A stretch of DNA of 64,000 nucleotides from an uncultured delta proteobacterium. Lineage in GTDB: Bacteria; Myxococcota; Myxococcia; Myxococcales; Anaeromyxobacteraceae. Made by a program: the position numbers and the translations under genes. This document shows positions 1 through 10,582 of the stretch, piece by piece (the stretch's first letter is position 1; each line of letters begins with the position of its first letter). Location: assembly GCA_963845515.1 (NCBI GenBank), contig CAWJSR010000028.1, positions 1-64,000 of the forward strand. The letters run 5' to 3'. The notes beneath the pieces were generated by a model, which was not told the origin of the DNA, made no database searches, and was given only the letters and a program-made list of their open reading frames with translations.

Positions 1-2
1 GG

Positions 3-533
3 GAGTTCGAGGCCCTGATCGCTGAGCGCGCCAGCGGCGCGCTCGAGGACGCGGCCGACGCCAGGCGCCTCGCCGCGCACCTCGCGAGCTGCGAGCCCTG
101 CCGGGACGAGCTGGCCGCATACGAGGTGGCGCTCGGGCTGGCGCGTCTCCCGGCGCCGTCGAAGGCGGAGCGCGAGGTGCTCGAGACCCTGCCCGCCGTG
201 GCGCTCGAGGAGCTTCGCACCGAGCCGGTCGCGACGGCCGGCCTGAGGCCGCTCGCGATGGGGCTCGCGGCGGCCGCGGCCATCGCCGTCATCGGCCCGT
301 CGCTCTTCTCGGTCTGGTTCTTCTCGCGGTCCGAGCTGGGGGCCGCAGTGGAGACGTCGGTGACCGCGATGTCGCGCGAAGCGGCGACCGGCTGGCAGGA
401 GCCGGATCCCGATGCGCTCCTCCGGAAGGTGGAGCAGGAGCACGCGGAGCTGGCGATCGCCTCCGACGAGGAGCTGGCCGGGGCGGAGCTGATCGCCGAT
501 GCGGCTTACGCGAGGGCTGTCGGGGGGGAGTGA
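3..533 (+). CDS. Anti-sigma factor with zf-HC2 zinc finger (5' end outside window)
   Basis: Frame open from nt 3: EFEALIAERASGALEDAADARRLAAHLASCEPCRDEL contains HxxxCxxC, followed by one TM segment (LAMGLAAAAAIAVIG). Confidence 0.75.
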   Translation, partial: EFEALIAERASGALEDAADARRLAAHLASCEPCRDELAAYEVALGLARLPAPSKAEREVLETLPAVALEELRTEPVATAGLRPLAMGLAAAAAIAVIGPSLFSVWFFSRSELGAAVETSVTAMSREAATGWQEPDPDALLRKVEQEHAELAIASDEELAGAELIADAAYARAVGGE

Positions 534-537
534 GCCG

Positions 538-640
538 CTCCCTCACCCTGTCCATCTCCCTCGATGGGAACCCCTCACCCTCCCCTCTCCCCCGCGGGGG
601 CGGGGGAGAGGGCTGAGGCCCGGTGGGCGAGAGGGGATGA
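538..640. repeat. REP-like palindromic element(s)
   Basis: CCCTCACCCTCCCCTCTCCCCCGC...GCGGGGGAGAGGG hairpin. Confidence 0.75.
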
Positions 641-669
641 CTTGAGCCATGTCTGAAAGGAGCAACACC

Positions 670-1293
670 ATGATGAAGCAGCTCGCAGCACTCGTTGCAG
701 TCCTCCCCATCGCGGCCTTCGCGCAGGGGGCCGGTCCGGCCCGCGGCGGCCCTGGTCCCGGTCACGACTGTGCCAACTGCCAGAAGGGGATGGGCGCAGG
801 GCCGGGCACCGACGAGCGGATCGGCAAGATGGCGAAGCGGGCCCAGCTCGCGCGCAACCTCGGCCTCGCCGAGGCGCTCGACCTCGACACCGCGCAGTCC
901 AACAAGCTCTCCGACGCGCTCGCGAAGGTGGACGACAAGCGGGTCGCCATCCACAAGCAGACGCGCGACGCGCGCCAGCTCCTCCGCAAGGCCGCCGATG
1001 GCGAGAAGGCGACCGCCGCCGAGGTGGACGGCGCCATCGCGAAGCTCCTCGACCTCCGTGCCCAGGCGAACGCGCTCGACAAGGAGACGATCGCCATCGT
1101 CACGAAGGACCTCTCGCCCGAGAAGAAGGCCCGCGCGACCCTCTTCCTCGCCCGCTTCGAGCAGCGGATGGGCCCCGGTGGAATGGGGCACGGGAAGGGC
1201 GGCGGCATGGGCAGGGGAATGGGGCCCGGCGGCGGCGGGATGGGACCCGGAATGGGGCATGGCCCCGACTGCCCCGACTGCGACAACGACTGA
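670..1293 (+). CDS. Periplasmic Spy/CpxP-like (heavy-metal sensor family) helical protein
   Basis: GAAAGGAG RBS; signal peptide MMKQLAALVAVLPIAAFA; helical core LDLDTAQ...LSPEKKAR; Gly/Met/His-rich tails; follows an anti-sigma gene. Confidence 0.7.
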   Translation: MMKQLAALVAVLPIAAFAQGAGPARGGPGPGHDCANCQKGMGAGPGTDERIGKMAKRAQLARNLGLAEALDLDTAQSNKLSDALAKVDDKRVAIHKQTRDARQLLRKAADGEKATAAEVDGAIAKLLDLRAQANALDKETIAIVTKDLSPEKKARATLFLARFEQRMGPGGMGHGKGGGMGRGMGPGGGGMGPGMGHGPDCPDCDND

Positions 1294-1397
1294 GCCACGA
1301 CCTTCCGCCCGCCCGAGGTGCCTCCTGGGTACCGCCCTCTCCCCGTGTGTGCGGGGGTAGGTTGGCCGGGCGGGTTTGGCGTTAGACTCGCCGGGCG

Positions 1398-2195
1398 ATG
1401 TCCACCCTGCCCGGGAAGAAGCTCGCGGTGGTGACCGGTGCCTCGGCCGGGATCGGGCGCGCGCTCGCGCTGCGTCTCTCGGCCGAGGGTCGCCCGGTCC
1501 TGGCGGTCGCCCGCCGCGCCGACCGGCTCGTCGACCTCATGAAGGAGGCGGAGGGGCTGAAGGGCGCGAAGATCCACATGCTCCCGCTCGACGTCGGCGC
1601 GCCGGGGTCGGCGGAGGCGGCGGCGGCCCGCGCGCTCGAGCTGGGCGGCGCCTCGCTCCTCGTCAACAACGCGGGCTTCGGCGTCTACGGACGGTTCGAG
1701 GAGCTGGAGCTGGCCCGGCTCTCCGACATGGTCCGGACCAACTGCGACGGGCTCGTCCTCTTCACGCGCGCGCTCCTCCCCGACCTCATGTCGACGGGGG
1801 CCGGCATTGTGCTCAACGTCGCGAGCGCCGGGGGCTTCCAGCCGATGCCGTTCATGGCCGCCTACGGCGCCACCAAGGCCTTCGTCATCTCGTTCACCGA
1901 GGCGCTCGCCGCCGAGCGGCCGGCCGGCGTCAGGTTCGCGGTCCTCTGCCCGGGGCCGGTGGAGACCGAGTTCGGCCTGGTCGCCGGGACGGGCGGCCGG
2001 TTCAACAAGATGCCCGGCGTCATGACCGCCGAGGCGGCTGCGCAGGCCGCACTCGACCTCATCCACGACCAGCGCGTAATCTCGATCCCCGGGCCGCTCA
2101 ACATGCTCGCGGTCCTGGGAAGCCGTTTCATGCCACGCGCGGTGGTGCGCTCGGTCGCAGCGCGCCTGATGCGCCCACGGGAGGTGTCGAAGTGA
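1398..2195 (+). CDS. Short-chain dehydrogenase/reductase (SDR)
   Basis: TGASAGIG Rossmann motif, LVNNAG, YGATK (YxxxK). Confidence 0.95.
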   Translation: MSTLPGKKLAVVTGASAGIGRALALRLSAEGRPVLAVARRADRLVDLMKEAEGLKGAKIHMLPLDVGAPGSAEAAAARALELGGASLLVNNAGFGVYGRFEELELARLSDMVRTNCDGLVLFTRALLPDLMSTGAGIVLNVASAGGFQPMPFMAAYGATKAFVISFTEALAAERPAGVRFAVLCPGPVETEFGLVAGTGGRFNKMPGVMTAEAAAQAALDLIHDQRVISIPGPLNMLAVLGSRFMPRAVVRSVAARLMRPREVSK

Positions 2196-2977
2196 GCAAA
2201 CGCCCGCGCAGGGATCCGCCTACGGGGATCATCCCCATCTACGAGGGGCCCGAGGTGCTGGGGTCCCTCCTCGCGAAGGCCGGCTCGCCGTTCGACGTCG
2301 AGGAGGTGGCAGCGCGCTTCACCGCCGCCATCGCCGCCGACGAGACCCGCGCGATGGTCATCCCCTCGCTCTTCGAGGAGGAGCCGCACTTCGAGTCGCC
2401 CGAGGACGCGCGGCGGCTCTACGCCAACCTCTTCGGGCTCTGGGCGCGGGTCAACGAGGGGCGCGGCCTGCACGACGACGCGCCCGACGTGATGCCCGAG
2501 CCGCCGCCGCCGCCGCCGCTCCCGGAGCGCGGGACCTGCGCGGGCACCTCGCCCCCGGCCGACGTCGTCGAGGGGATGTGGCGCCGGCTCGCCGACGCCT
2601 CCGAGCGCGACAAGCGGCGGCTGCGCGACAGGTTCACCAACACGCAGCCCGAGGTCGAGGCGTGGCTCGACGAGCTGCAGCTCACCGACGCGGCCGTCTC
2701 GGCGGTCCACGAGCTGGCCTTCGAGACGTGGGCCATCTTCGACCAGTGCTTCGGTGAGCGGCTCGGTGTCGCCGAGTGGAGCGAGCTGCGCGCGCTGGAG
2801 CGCGAGCCGCCGGCGGTCGAGGTCGACCACCCGGCGCTCGCCACCTACCTCTCCGAGCAGCTCGACAACCTCTCCGACGAGGACCCCAACTTCGGCGCGT
2901 CGGAGCGGGCCCAGGTCGAGCGCGCGCTGGCCGGCCTCGCCGCAGCGCTGGCGGCGGCGGTGAGCGAGCCGAGCTGA
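2192..2977 (+). CDS. Hypothetical acidic protein
   Basis: GTG start overlaps the SDR stop (GTGA); 3' part of ORF 1376..2977 with typical codon usage. Confidence 0.75.
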   Translation: MSKRPRRDPPTGIIPIYEGPEVLGSLLAKAGSPFDVEEVAARFTAAIAADETRAMVIPSLFEEEPHFESPEDARRLYANLFGLWARVNEGRGLHDDAPDVMPEPPPPPPLPERGTCAGTSPPADVVEGMWRRLADASERDKRRLRDRFTNTQPEVEAWLDELQLTDAAVSAVHELAFETWAIFDQCFGERLGVAEWSELRALEREPPAVEVDHPALATYLSEQLDNLSDEDPNFGASERAQVERALAGLAAALAAAVSEPS

Positions 2978-2978
2978 G

Positions 2979-3097
2979 CCCCCTCACCAGCCCTCTCCCC
3001 CGCAGCGCGGGGGAGAGGAACATTCCTCCAGGAACTGGCGGGGTTGCGGCGCGCCACCGTGGAGACACACCTCCCCCCCGGTGGGGGAGAGGGGATG
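2979..3097. repeat. REP-like palindromes (two) between convergent genes
   Basis: CCCCTCACCAGCCCTCTCCCCCGC.GCGCGGGGGAGAGG and CTCCCCCCCGGTGGGGGAGAGGG. Confidence 0.75.
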
Positions 3098-3104
3098 TCA
3101 CCGG

Positions 3105-4422
3105 TCAGTTGGCCGTGAACTGCATGATGGGGGAGACCGCCCCCAGCCGGAGCCCCGAGCCCGCGAGCGCGTTCGCGATCGGGATCCCGGCTCCGGCGCC
3201 GTCCACGATGCCGCTGTGAGCGATCCCGACCCAGGCGAAGTACGTCCCTGCCGCGGGGAGGGTGTTGGCCGGCAGTGTGTAGGACGTGGTGCCGACCGGG
3301 ACCTCGAGCGGACCGCCGTTCGTGGAGCTCGGGAAGAAGTCGCCGTTCGTGTTCTGGATGCCGACCACGCAGGCGGACGCCGGGCTGGTCGCGGTGGGCG
3401 CCCCCTGGACCCACGTCATGGTGTTCGAGTTGCTCCGCGTCCACATGGCCATGCTCGCCGGGCTCGTGACCATCGGGGCCGTCGTGTACATCGTGCCGCT
3501 GGCGGTGTACGTGCCGGAAGCGACCGCCCCGCCTGCGGGGATGACCACGCTCAACGTCACGGTGGATCCCAGGGCCGGCATGGGGGACGAGGCCGCGTAG
3601 CGTTCGTTCGGCGCGTCGTACGGCAGGTTCGTACCGCTCACCGTGACGGTCGCGTTCGTTACTGGCGCCATGCGGTTGTCGCTCGTGAAGATCTCGACCT
3701 CGAGGATCGGAACGCCGGTGACGGCCATCGGCCACCTGATGACGGTCGCGACGATGTACGGGGGCGGCAGGTCCGGCGTCGCGCTCACCTCGAGCGACGC
3801 GGCCGACTCGCCGTTCGCGTTCAGGGCCGTGACGATGAAGTAGTACGTCGTCCCGTTGGTCAGCCCGGCCACCACGCGCGGAGAGGTCGCGCCGACTGAC
3901 GTTGTCAGGGCTCGCCGTCGTGACGCCCGGGGAGGTGGACCAGTAGACGTTGTAGGACGTCGCGTTCGGGACGTTGCTCCACGCGATGGACACCTGCGCC
4001 GGCGCGGGAGTCGCCGTCACGCCTGTCGGCGCTGCCGGCGGCGCCGTCGCGCTGGGAGTCGCGGTGGCCTCGTTGGACCCGGCCGACTCACCCCCCGAGT
4101 TGGACGCCGTCACCTGGTAGAAGTAGGGGACCTCGTTGGTCACGGTCGTGTCGGTGAAGGCCGCGCTCGTCGGGGATCCCGCGAGCTTCGTCTTCGTGGC
4201 GAGGAGCCCCGTCGCAGTGCCGCGGTAGACGCTGTAGCTCGTCGCGCCCGACGTTGGCGTCCAGGTCAGCCCGACCGCGCCGGCGGCGGCGGCGGCGGTG
4301 AGCCCCGTCGGCGCGCCGGGGGGCGTGACCGGCGTGCCGTCGGACGAGCTGCTGCAGCCCACCTGCGTGAGCCCGCCGATCGCGAGGACGGCGAGGGACA
4401 AGAGACGGCCGATACGGTTCAT
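3105..4422 (-). CDS. Fibronectin type III lipoprotein (frameshift near 3897)
   Basis: Lipobox TQVGC; two FN3-like repeats (PGAPTGLTA...SYSVYRG...YFYQVTA.N..GES); C-terminal half continues in ORF 3105..3875. Confidence 0.8.
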
Positions 4423-4557
4423 GACGCGCTCCCTTCATCGAAGAACGGCGGGGACGAGGCGGCGGCCCGAGGCCGGGCCGCGCCAAGTCCACCACCGTTC
4501 GCCGCCAGGGTGGTGCGGGCAGGTCGGTCGACCCCTAGGAGGGCCCGCCGAACCCGC

Positions 4558-5830
4558 CTACTGGTAGGTGAACCAGACCCACTCGGACGTGGCAGCGATC
4601 GAGAAGGTGGATCCGGACTGCGTGTTGGGGATCGCGATGCCGCCCGTGTCGTTCGCGAAGCCGGCTGGTCCGATTCCGACCACGGCCAGGTGCGCTCCTG
4701 GCGTCGCGGCATTGGCGGGGATCGTGTAGGACTGGGTTCCGATCGGGACCTCGACGGCCACCTCCAGGCTGGGGCCGTAGACGATCACCGCGTAGGCCGA
4801 CGACGGTGACGCTGGCGATCCGGCCGTCCAGTTGAGGGTCTGGGCTGACGAGACCTGCCACACGGTCGAGGAGGTCGGGTTCATCAGGGTCGGGGCGGCC
4901 GCATACATGGTGCCGGTCGCGGTGTACGTCCCGCTCGCAACGAGCGATCCGGGCGGTATGACGACGCGGAGCGTGAGGCTGGCCCCCGCGATCGAGCTCG
5001 TCGGCGAGCCCGCAGTAGCTGTACCCGTCGTAGGCCAGCGTCGTCCCGCCGATCGTCACGGTGGCGTTCGGGACGGACGTCATGCAGTCCGGGTCGGTGC
5101 AGACGTCGACGGTGTACGGGTCGATGTAGGCCGACGCGGAGGCAGGCACCATGACCGCGGTCGCGTAGATGTATGGCTTCACCGCGACCGGCGTCGCAGT
5201 CACCTCGCTCGACGCCACGGACTCGCCGTAGCCGTTCACCGCGGTCACGATGAAGTAGTACGCCGTCCCGTTGGTCAGCGAGCCCTGTCCGTGTGGCGAG
5301 GTCACGCCGGTGAACTTGGTCCCGGTTGCCGTCGTCACCCCGGGGGCCGTCCCTCGATAGACGTTGTACGAGGTGGCGGACGGGACGGAGGTCCACGTGA
5401 GCGTCACCGACTCATTGCCGGCCGTGGCCGCTACGCCTGCGGGCGCTGCGGGCGGAAGTGTGCCGACCGGCGTCGCGGAGGCTTCGACGGAGCCCGCCGA
5501 CTCACCGGCGGCGTTCACCGCGGTCACCTGGTAGAAGCGCTCGGTGCCGTTGGCTGTCGTGTGGTTGTACGCCGTGCCCACGGTCACCGTGCCGACCACC
5601 GTGCCCTTGGTGGCGAGGAGACCTGACGAGGTCGAGCTGTAGACCTTGTAGCTCGTCGCGTTCGACACCGCCGGCCAGGAGAGCGCGACCGCGCTGTTGG
5701 CTGGCGTTGCGGTCAGGCCGGTCGGCGCTCCGGGCGGCTCCAGCGGAGCCCGGTCGTCGGGGCAGCCAGCAAGCGTGACAGCGCACAGCGCGAGAACGAC
5801 CGGCAGCGACAGGTGAGCAGCAGCTCTCAT
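4558..5830 (-). CDS. Fibronectin type III lipoprotein, paralog of neighbour (frameshift near 5012)
   Basis: ATG 5830 after GGGAGG; lipobox TLAGC; two FN3 repeats; C-terminus in ORF 4558..4908. Confidence 0.8.
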
Positions 5831-5877
5831 GATTCCTCCCAGGGTTGAACCGACGGCGGCGTCGGAGGCCTCGCGGC

Positions 5878-6669
5878 CTAGGCCTTCAGCCCGCCGAAGA
5901 ACTCGGCGAGCGCGGCGTTGAACTGTTCCGGGTTCTCGATGCAAGGCAGGTGCCCGGCGCCCGGAATCTTCACCAGCTTCGCCCCCTTGATGCCGAGGAC
6001 CAGCTTCTCGGCCTCGGTCGGGGGCGTCAGCGTGTCCTGCTCGCCCACCACCACCAGCGTCGGGCAGGCGATCGTCGCGAGCGTCTCGCTGGAGTCCGGC
6101 CGCTTCGCCATCCCGCGCTGCGCCGCCGCCACGCCGGCCGGCGTCGCCTGGCCGATGAGCGTGCGCACCTCGTTCACCGCCTGCGCGTCGGGCTGCGGCT
6201 TCAGCAGCTTCGGGATCATCTCGTCCGAGACCCAGCGAAGCCCCTTCTCGATGGCGTTCTTCGCGAAGGCCTCGCGCCCCTTCGCGCCCTCGTCGGTGTC
6301 GGCGCCCGCCTTGGTGTCGCAGAGCGCGAGGCCGCGGAAGATGCCCGGCGCCTGCCGGTAGAGCTCGAGCGCGACGTAGCCGCCCATCGAGAGCCCTGCC
6401 ACCGCCACGCGCTCGACCCGGAGGTGCGCGAGGAGCGCGCGGACGTCCTCCGTGACGATCTCCATCGTCAGCGCCTCGGGCGGCAGGCCGCTGCGGCCGA
6501 ACCCGCGGTAGTCGACGGCGATGACCCGGTGACGCTTCTCCAGCGCCGTGATCAGCCGCGCCCACATCCCGCGGTTGAGCGGGAAAGCGTGCAGCAGGAG
6601 GACGACATCCTTGCCGGAGCCGGTGTCCTGATACGCGATCTCGCCGCCGTTCACGTTCGCGATGGTCAT
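5878..6669 (-). CDS. Alpha/beta fold hydrolase
   Basis: LLHAFP oxyanion loop, GLSMGG nucleophile elbow, GEQD acid, GAGHL catalytic His. Confidence 0.93.
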   Translation of the reverse strand: MTIANVNGGEIAYQDTGSGKDVVLLLHAFPLNRGMWARLITALEKRHRVIAVDYRGFGRSGLPPEALTMEIVTEDVRALLAHLRVERVAVAGLSMGGYVALELYRQAPGIFRGLALCDTKAGADTDEGAKGREAFAKNAIEKGLRWVSDEMIPKLLKPQPDAQAVNEVRTLIGQATPAGVAAAQRGMAKRPDSSETLATIACPTLVVVGEQDTLTPPTEAEKLVLGIKGAKLVKIPGAGHLPCIENPEQFNAALAEFFGGLKA

Positions 6670-6823
6670 GACGAAAGGCTTAACACGATCCAGCGGATGG
6701 GGCCGCTGCAGCGCCTCATCTGTTGCCCCAGCGCCACACCCCGGATGGTCCGTCACATCGGGAGGGCTTGATCTCTCTCCAGTATGCGCCCTGTCACACT
6801 GCTTGCAGGGGGGAGTAACTGCC

Positions 6824-8074
6824 ATGCTAACCACACTGACCGTCATCCTAGCCGTCGCAGCCGGGCAGGCCGCCGAGCCGGCCTCCACTCCCGCAGCCTC
6901 CCAGGCAAGGCCGGCCGAGGCGAAGGGGGCGCCGCCAGCCAGGTTCACGCTCGTCGCGGATGGCGCGACCACGCTGACGTGGGGCGTGCCGAGCCGCTGC
7001 CTCGACCGCGGCGAGGTCTACTACCGCGTCCAGTGCGACGAGAAGGCGAAGCGCTGCCTCGTCGCCCCGGACGCCGAGCTCGACCCGGACGCGGTCGCCG
7101 GTCGCGCAGCTCGAGCGCGCGCCCGCCTGCCAGGGGCCGGCGCTCACGCTCGCCGATCTCACCTCGCGCGGCTACACCCTGGTGCCGGCGCTCGCGGAGA
7201 GCCCGCCCGGCTGGTACCGGGACGAGCGCCAGCGCGTGATGCAGGTCGACTTCGACCTCAACGCGCGCTTCTTCCTCGGCGGCGGTTACCTCGGCTCGAC
7301 CGGGCCGTGGTCGGGCAACGCGGTCGTCGCCGGCGGCGGACGGGTCGACCGGCCCTTCACCTGGTGGAACGCCCCCGCGCTCGCCCGCCTCCACATCCTG
7401 GAGGGCTGGGCCTCCGCCGACGGCAACCACGGCGAGCTGCTGATCTTCGGCGTCGACGCCAGCCGCGTCTACCCGACGCCGCTGCTGCGCATCACCACCT
7501 TCTTCGGCGGGAAGCCCAGGCGCTACGACCCGCCGCTCTACTTCGGCCTCTGGGGCGAGGCGCTGCGCATGGAGTTCCTCGAGACCGAGAGCGGCAAGAA
7601 CTTCGACCGGATCATGTACGCGTCCGGCGGGGTCACCGTCGACACGTGGCGCTCGCGCGACCTCTCCGACTTCGTCCGCGTCCGCCTGGGCGCCGGCGTC
7701 GAGGAGGCGCTCGGCGGCGAGTGGGGCTCCTTCGTCCCGCACGCGGCGATCGAGGGCGAGACGACGTTCGGGCGCGTACGGCTTCCACCACGTCCGCGCG
7801 ATGGCGCAGGCCGAAGTCCTGACCAGCAGCGGCGGAGGCGCTCCCCGACGCGCTCCCGGGCAACCGGAGCCGGTTCACCGTGAAGGGTGAGTACGAGGTG
7901 TTCCTCTTCGCCCTCAACAACCAGCCGATCACGCTCGCGCTCGAGGCCAAGGCAGTGAAGCGGGACGACGTCCCCGACTACACGACCGGCTGGGTCGCGC
8001 AGGCCGGCGCGCAGCTGCGCTTCAGCGCCTGGGCTCCGCCACGAAGGGACGCGAAGACGCAGGACAAGCTGTAG
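6824..8074 (+). CDS. Secreted hypothetical protein, possibly outer-membrane beta-barrel (frameshifts near 7095 and 7775-7850)
   Basis: Signal peptide MLTTLTVILAVAAGQA; coding signal passes across ORFs 6662, 7182 and 7880; aromatic amphipathic strands. Confidence 0.6.
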
Positions 8075-8083
8075 GGTCGGACC

Positions 8084-8969
8084 ATGCTGGCCCTGGCCCT
8101 CGCCCTCGCCCTTGGGGCGACCGACCCGTGCGTCGGGACGGACGAGCTCGGCCGCTCGCTCCGCACCTGCTTCGCGCCGGGGCGAGGGGCTCGAGCTCTC
8201 GGTGGGCGGCGCCGTGGGCGACGGGCCCGGGCAGGCCTCCGAGGGGGCGGGGCTCGCCGCCGGGCTCGCGCTCCGCTGGCGCTCCGACACCTTCACGCCC
8301 GCCGGCCGCAGGGAGTGGCTGCGGGACATGGCCTTCCTGGAGGCGCGCGGCCGGTTCCGCGGCTCGTTCGCCGAGCCGAGCACGGCGGAGGCCACGCTCT
8401 GGAGCGCCACCTTCCTGCGCCGCCTCGCCGAGCCCTTCCTGCTGATCCCCGCGCCCAAGCCGATCCGCTTCCCGTTCCCGTTCGACGTCGGCATGGCCGT
8501 CCAGGCCGGCTCGGTCCGCTGGGTCTCGGGGGAGGCGCGGGGAGGGGGCGCCACCGACACGTACGACGTCGAGGCGCTCGGCGGCGCCCTGCTGCTGGAC
8601 GTCGCGCGCCACCTCGGCGGCCCGGTCCGGCGCGCCGTCTTCGGGCCCGAGGTGAGCTGGGCCATCCGGTTCTCGGAGGGGTCGAAGCCGATCCAGTCGA
8701 TCACGCCGTTCTCGGCCGGGCGGGTCGAGCTCCGCGCCGAGTCTCGCGACGGCCTGGCCTCCCTCTCGTTCACGGGGCGGGGCGGCGTCGTGCTCCAGTT
8801 CCCAGGCGAGACCAGCGCCTTCTACGACGCGCGCCTCTCGGCGGAGCGGGTCCTGGTGGCGGTGAACGACGTCCCGCTCGCCCTCTACGGCGAGGCGGCC
8901 GCCCGCGGGGGCGCGCTGGACGAGACGCTGGAGGCGAGCGTGGGGATCAGGGTGGGGTGGTTCCGGTGA
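8084..8969 (+). CDS. Secreted hypothetical protein, possibly beta-barrel (frameshift near 8180)
   Basis: Signal MLALALALALGA in ORF 8084, body in ORF 8112; ends SVGIRVGWFR. Confidence 0.6.
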
Positions 8970-9154
8970 CGTCTCGCGGGAGCAGGAGGCGACCGTGCTC
9001 CCCCGGTGAGTAGGCGCCGAGTCCACGTACGAAAGCACGGCGTGCGGGGTTGCGTCGAGGACGGGCTCCGTTGGGGAGAGGGCTGCCCCGCGCGGGATGG
9101 AGGATTGCGGGGGACGGTGAAGCTCCGGCGGCGGTCGCGGGTTATAGAGGAGGC

Positions 9155-10582
9155 ATGTCCATCGGCTACTTCTCGCAGTTCGGCGTCACCGAGCGGATGA
9201 TCGCCGAGACGCTCTCGGCTGCGCTCGCGCGCGGCGGCGACTTCGCGGACGTCTTCTTCCAGCACAAGATCGGCGCCGACCTCGCGCTCGAGGACGGCGC
9301 GGTCAACCGCGCCTTCGCGAGCGTGGAGCTGGGCGTCGGCGTCCGGGTCGTGAAGGGCGACCAGACCGGCTACGGCTACACGGAGGAGCTGACCGTCGGG
9401 GCGCTCGTCGCCGCAGCGAAGACGGCGGCCGCCATCGCCGACGGCCCGTCCCGCCCCGGCCCGGTGGCGCTCCACGTCACCCCCTCCGCCGCGACCCGCT
9501 ACCCGCTCGTCCGCCCCTGGGAGGAGGTCCATCCGGCGGAGAAGCTGCCGCTCCTCGTCGGGCTGGAGCAGCGCGCCTTCGCCGCAGACCCGCGCATCCG
9601 GAAGGTGAACGCCCACCTGCGCGACGAGTCCGGCGTCGTCCTCATCGCCGACTCGCGCGGCCGGCTCGTCGAGGACCGGCAGCCGATGACGCTCCTCTCG
9701 CTCTCCTGCGTCGCCGAGCAGGACGGGCGGCGCGAGCAGAACGGCTACAACGTCGCCGCCCGCGCCGGCTTCGAGTACTACACGGCCGAGCGGCTGGACC
9801 GCGTCGTGCGCGAGGCGATCGCCCGGACCACCATCCTCTTCGAGGCGGGGCCGCCGCCGGCGGGCGAGCTGCCGGTGGTCCTCGCGGCGGGCTCCTCGGG
9901 CATCCTGCTCCACGAGGCGATCGGCCACGGCATGGAGGCCGACTTCAACCGGAAGGGGACGTCGATCTACGCCGACAAGATCGGCAAGCGGATCGCGGCC
10001 CCGTTCGTGAACATCGTCGACGACGGCACGCAGCAGGCGGCGCGCGGCTCGATCAACGTGGACGACGAGGGGAACGCGGCCGGCCAGACCCGGCTGGTGG
10101 ACGGGGGCGTCCTCGCCACCTTCCTGCACGACGAGATCTCGGCGCGCCACTACGGCGTCGCCCCCACCGGCAACGGCCGGCGCGAGAGCTACCGCCACGC
10201 GCCGCTGCCGCGCATGCGGTCGACCTACATGCTCCCGGGGCCGCACTCGAAGGAGGAGATCATCCGCTCGGTGAAGCGCGGCATCTACTGCGTCGGCTTC
10301 TCCAACGGGCAGGTGGCCATAGGCGCCGGCGACTTCACCTTCTACGTGAAGAACGGCTGGCTGATCGAGGACGGCAAGCTCACCCGCCCGGTGAAGGACG
10401 TGAACCTGGTGGGCAACGGGCCGAAGGCGCTGGAGCAGGTGGACATGGTCGGCGACGATCTCGAGATCGACGAGGGCGGCTGGACCTGCGGCAAGGACGG
10501 GCAGTCGGTGCCGGTCTCGCAGGGGCTCCCGACGGTGCGCGTCGCCTCGATGACGGTCGGTGGACGGGGGACGGGGACATGA
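9155..10582 (+). CDS. tldD: TldD family metalloprotease
   Basis: LHEAIGHGMEAD zinc motif, TGNGRRESY, PRMRSTY, CGKDGQSVPV. Confidence 0.95.
   Translation: MSIGYFSQFGVTERMIAETLSAALARGGDFADVFFQHKIGADLALEDGAVNRAFASVELGVGVRVVKGDQTGYGYTEELTVGALVAAAKTAAAIADGPSRPGPVALHVTPSAATRYPLVRPWEEVHPAEKLPLLVGLEQRAFAADPRIRKVNAHLRDESGVVLIADSRGRLVEDRQPMTLLSLSCVAEQDGRREQNGYNVAARAGFEYYTAERLDRVVREAIARTTILFEAGPPPAGELPVVLAAGSSGILLHEAIGHGMEADFNRKGTSIYADKIGKRIAAPFVNIVDDGTQQAARGSINVDDEGNAAGQTRLVDGGVLATFLHDEISARHYGVAPTGNGRRESYRHAPLPRMRSTYMLPGPHSKEEIIRSVKRGIYCVGFSNGQVAIGAGDFTFYVKNGWLIEDGKLTRPVKDVNLVGNGPKALEQVDMVGDDLEIDEGGWTCGKDGQSVPVSQGLPTVRVASMTVGGRGTGT

Noticed and set aside
1180..1265. Short tandem GGC/ATG repeats as a repeat element
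   Set aside because: Simply encodes a low-complexity Gly/Met/Pro tail.
6793..6808. Sigma-54 promoter TGTCAC-N5-TTGC
   Set aside because: Lacks the invariant GG at -24 and sits very close to the RBS.
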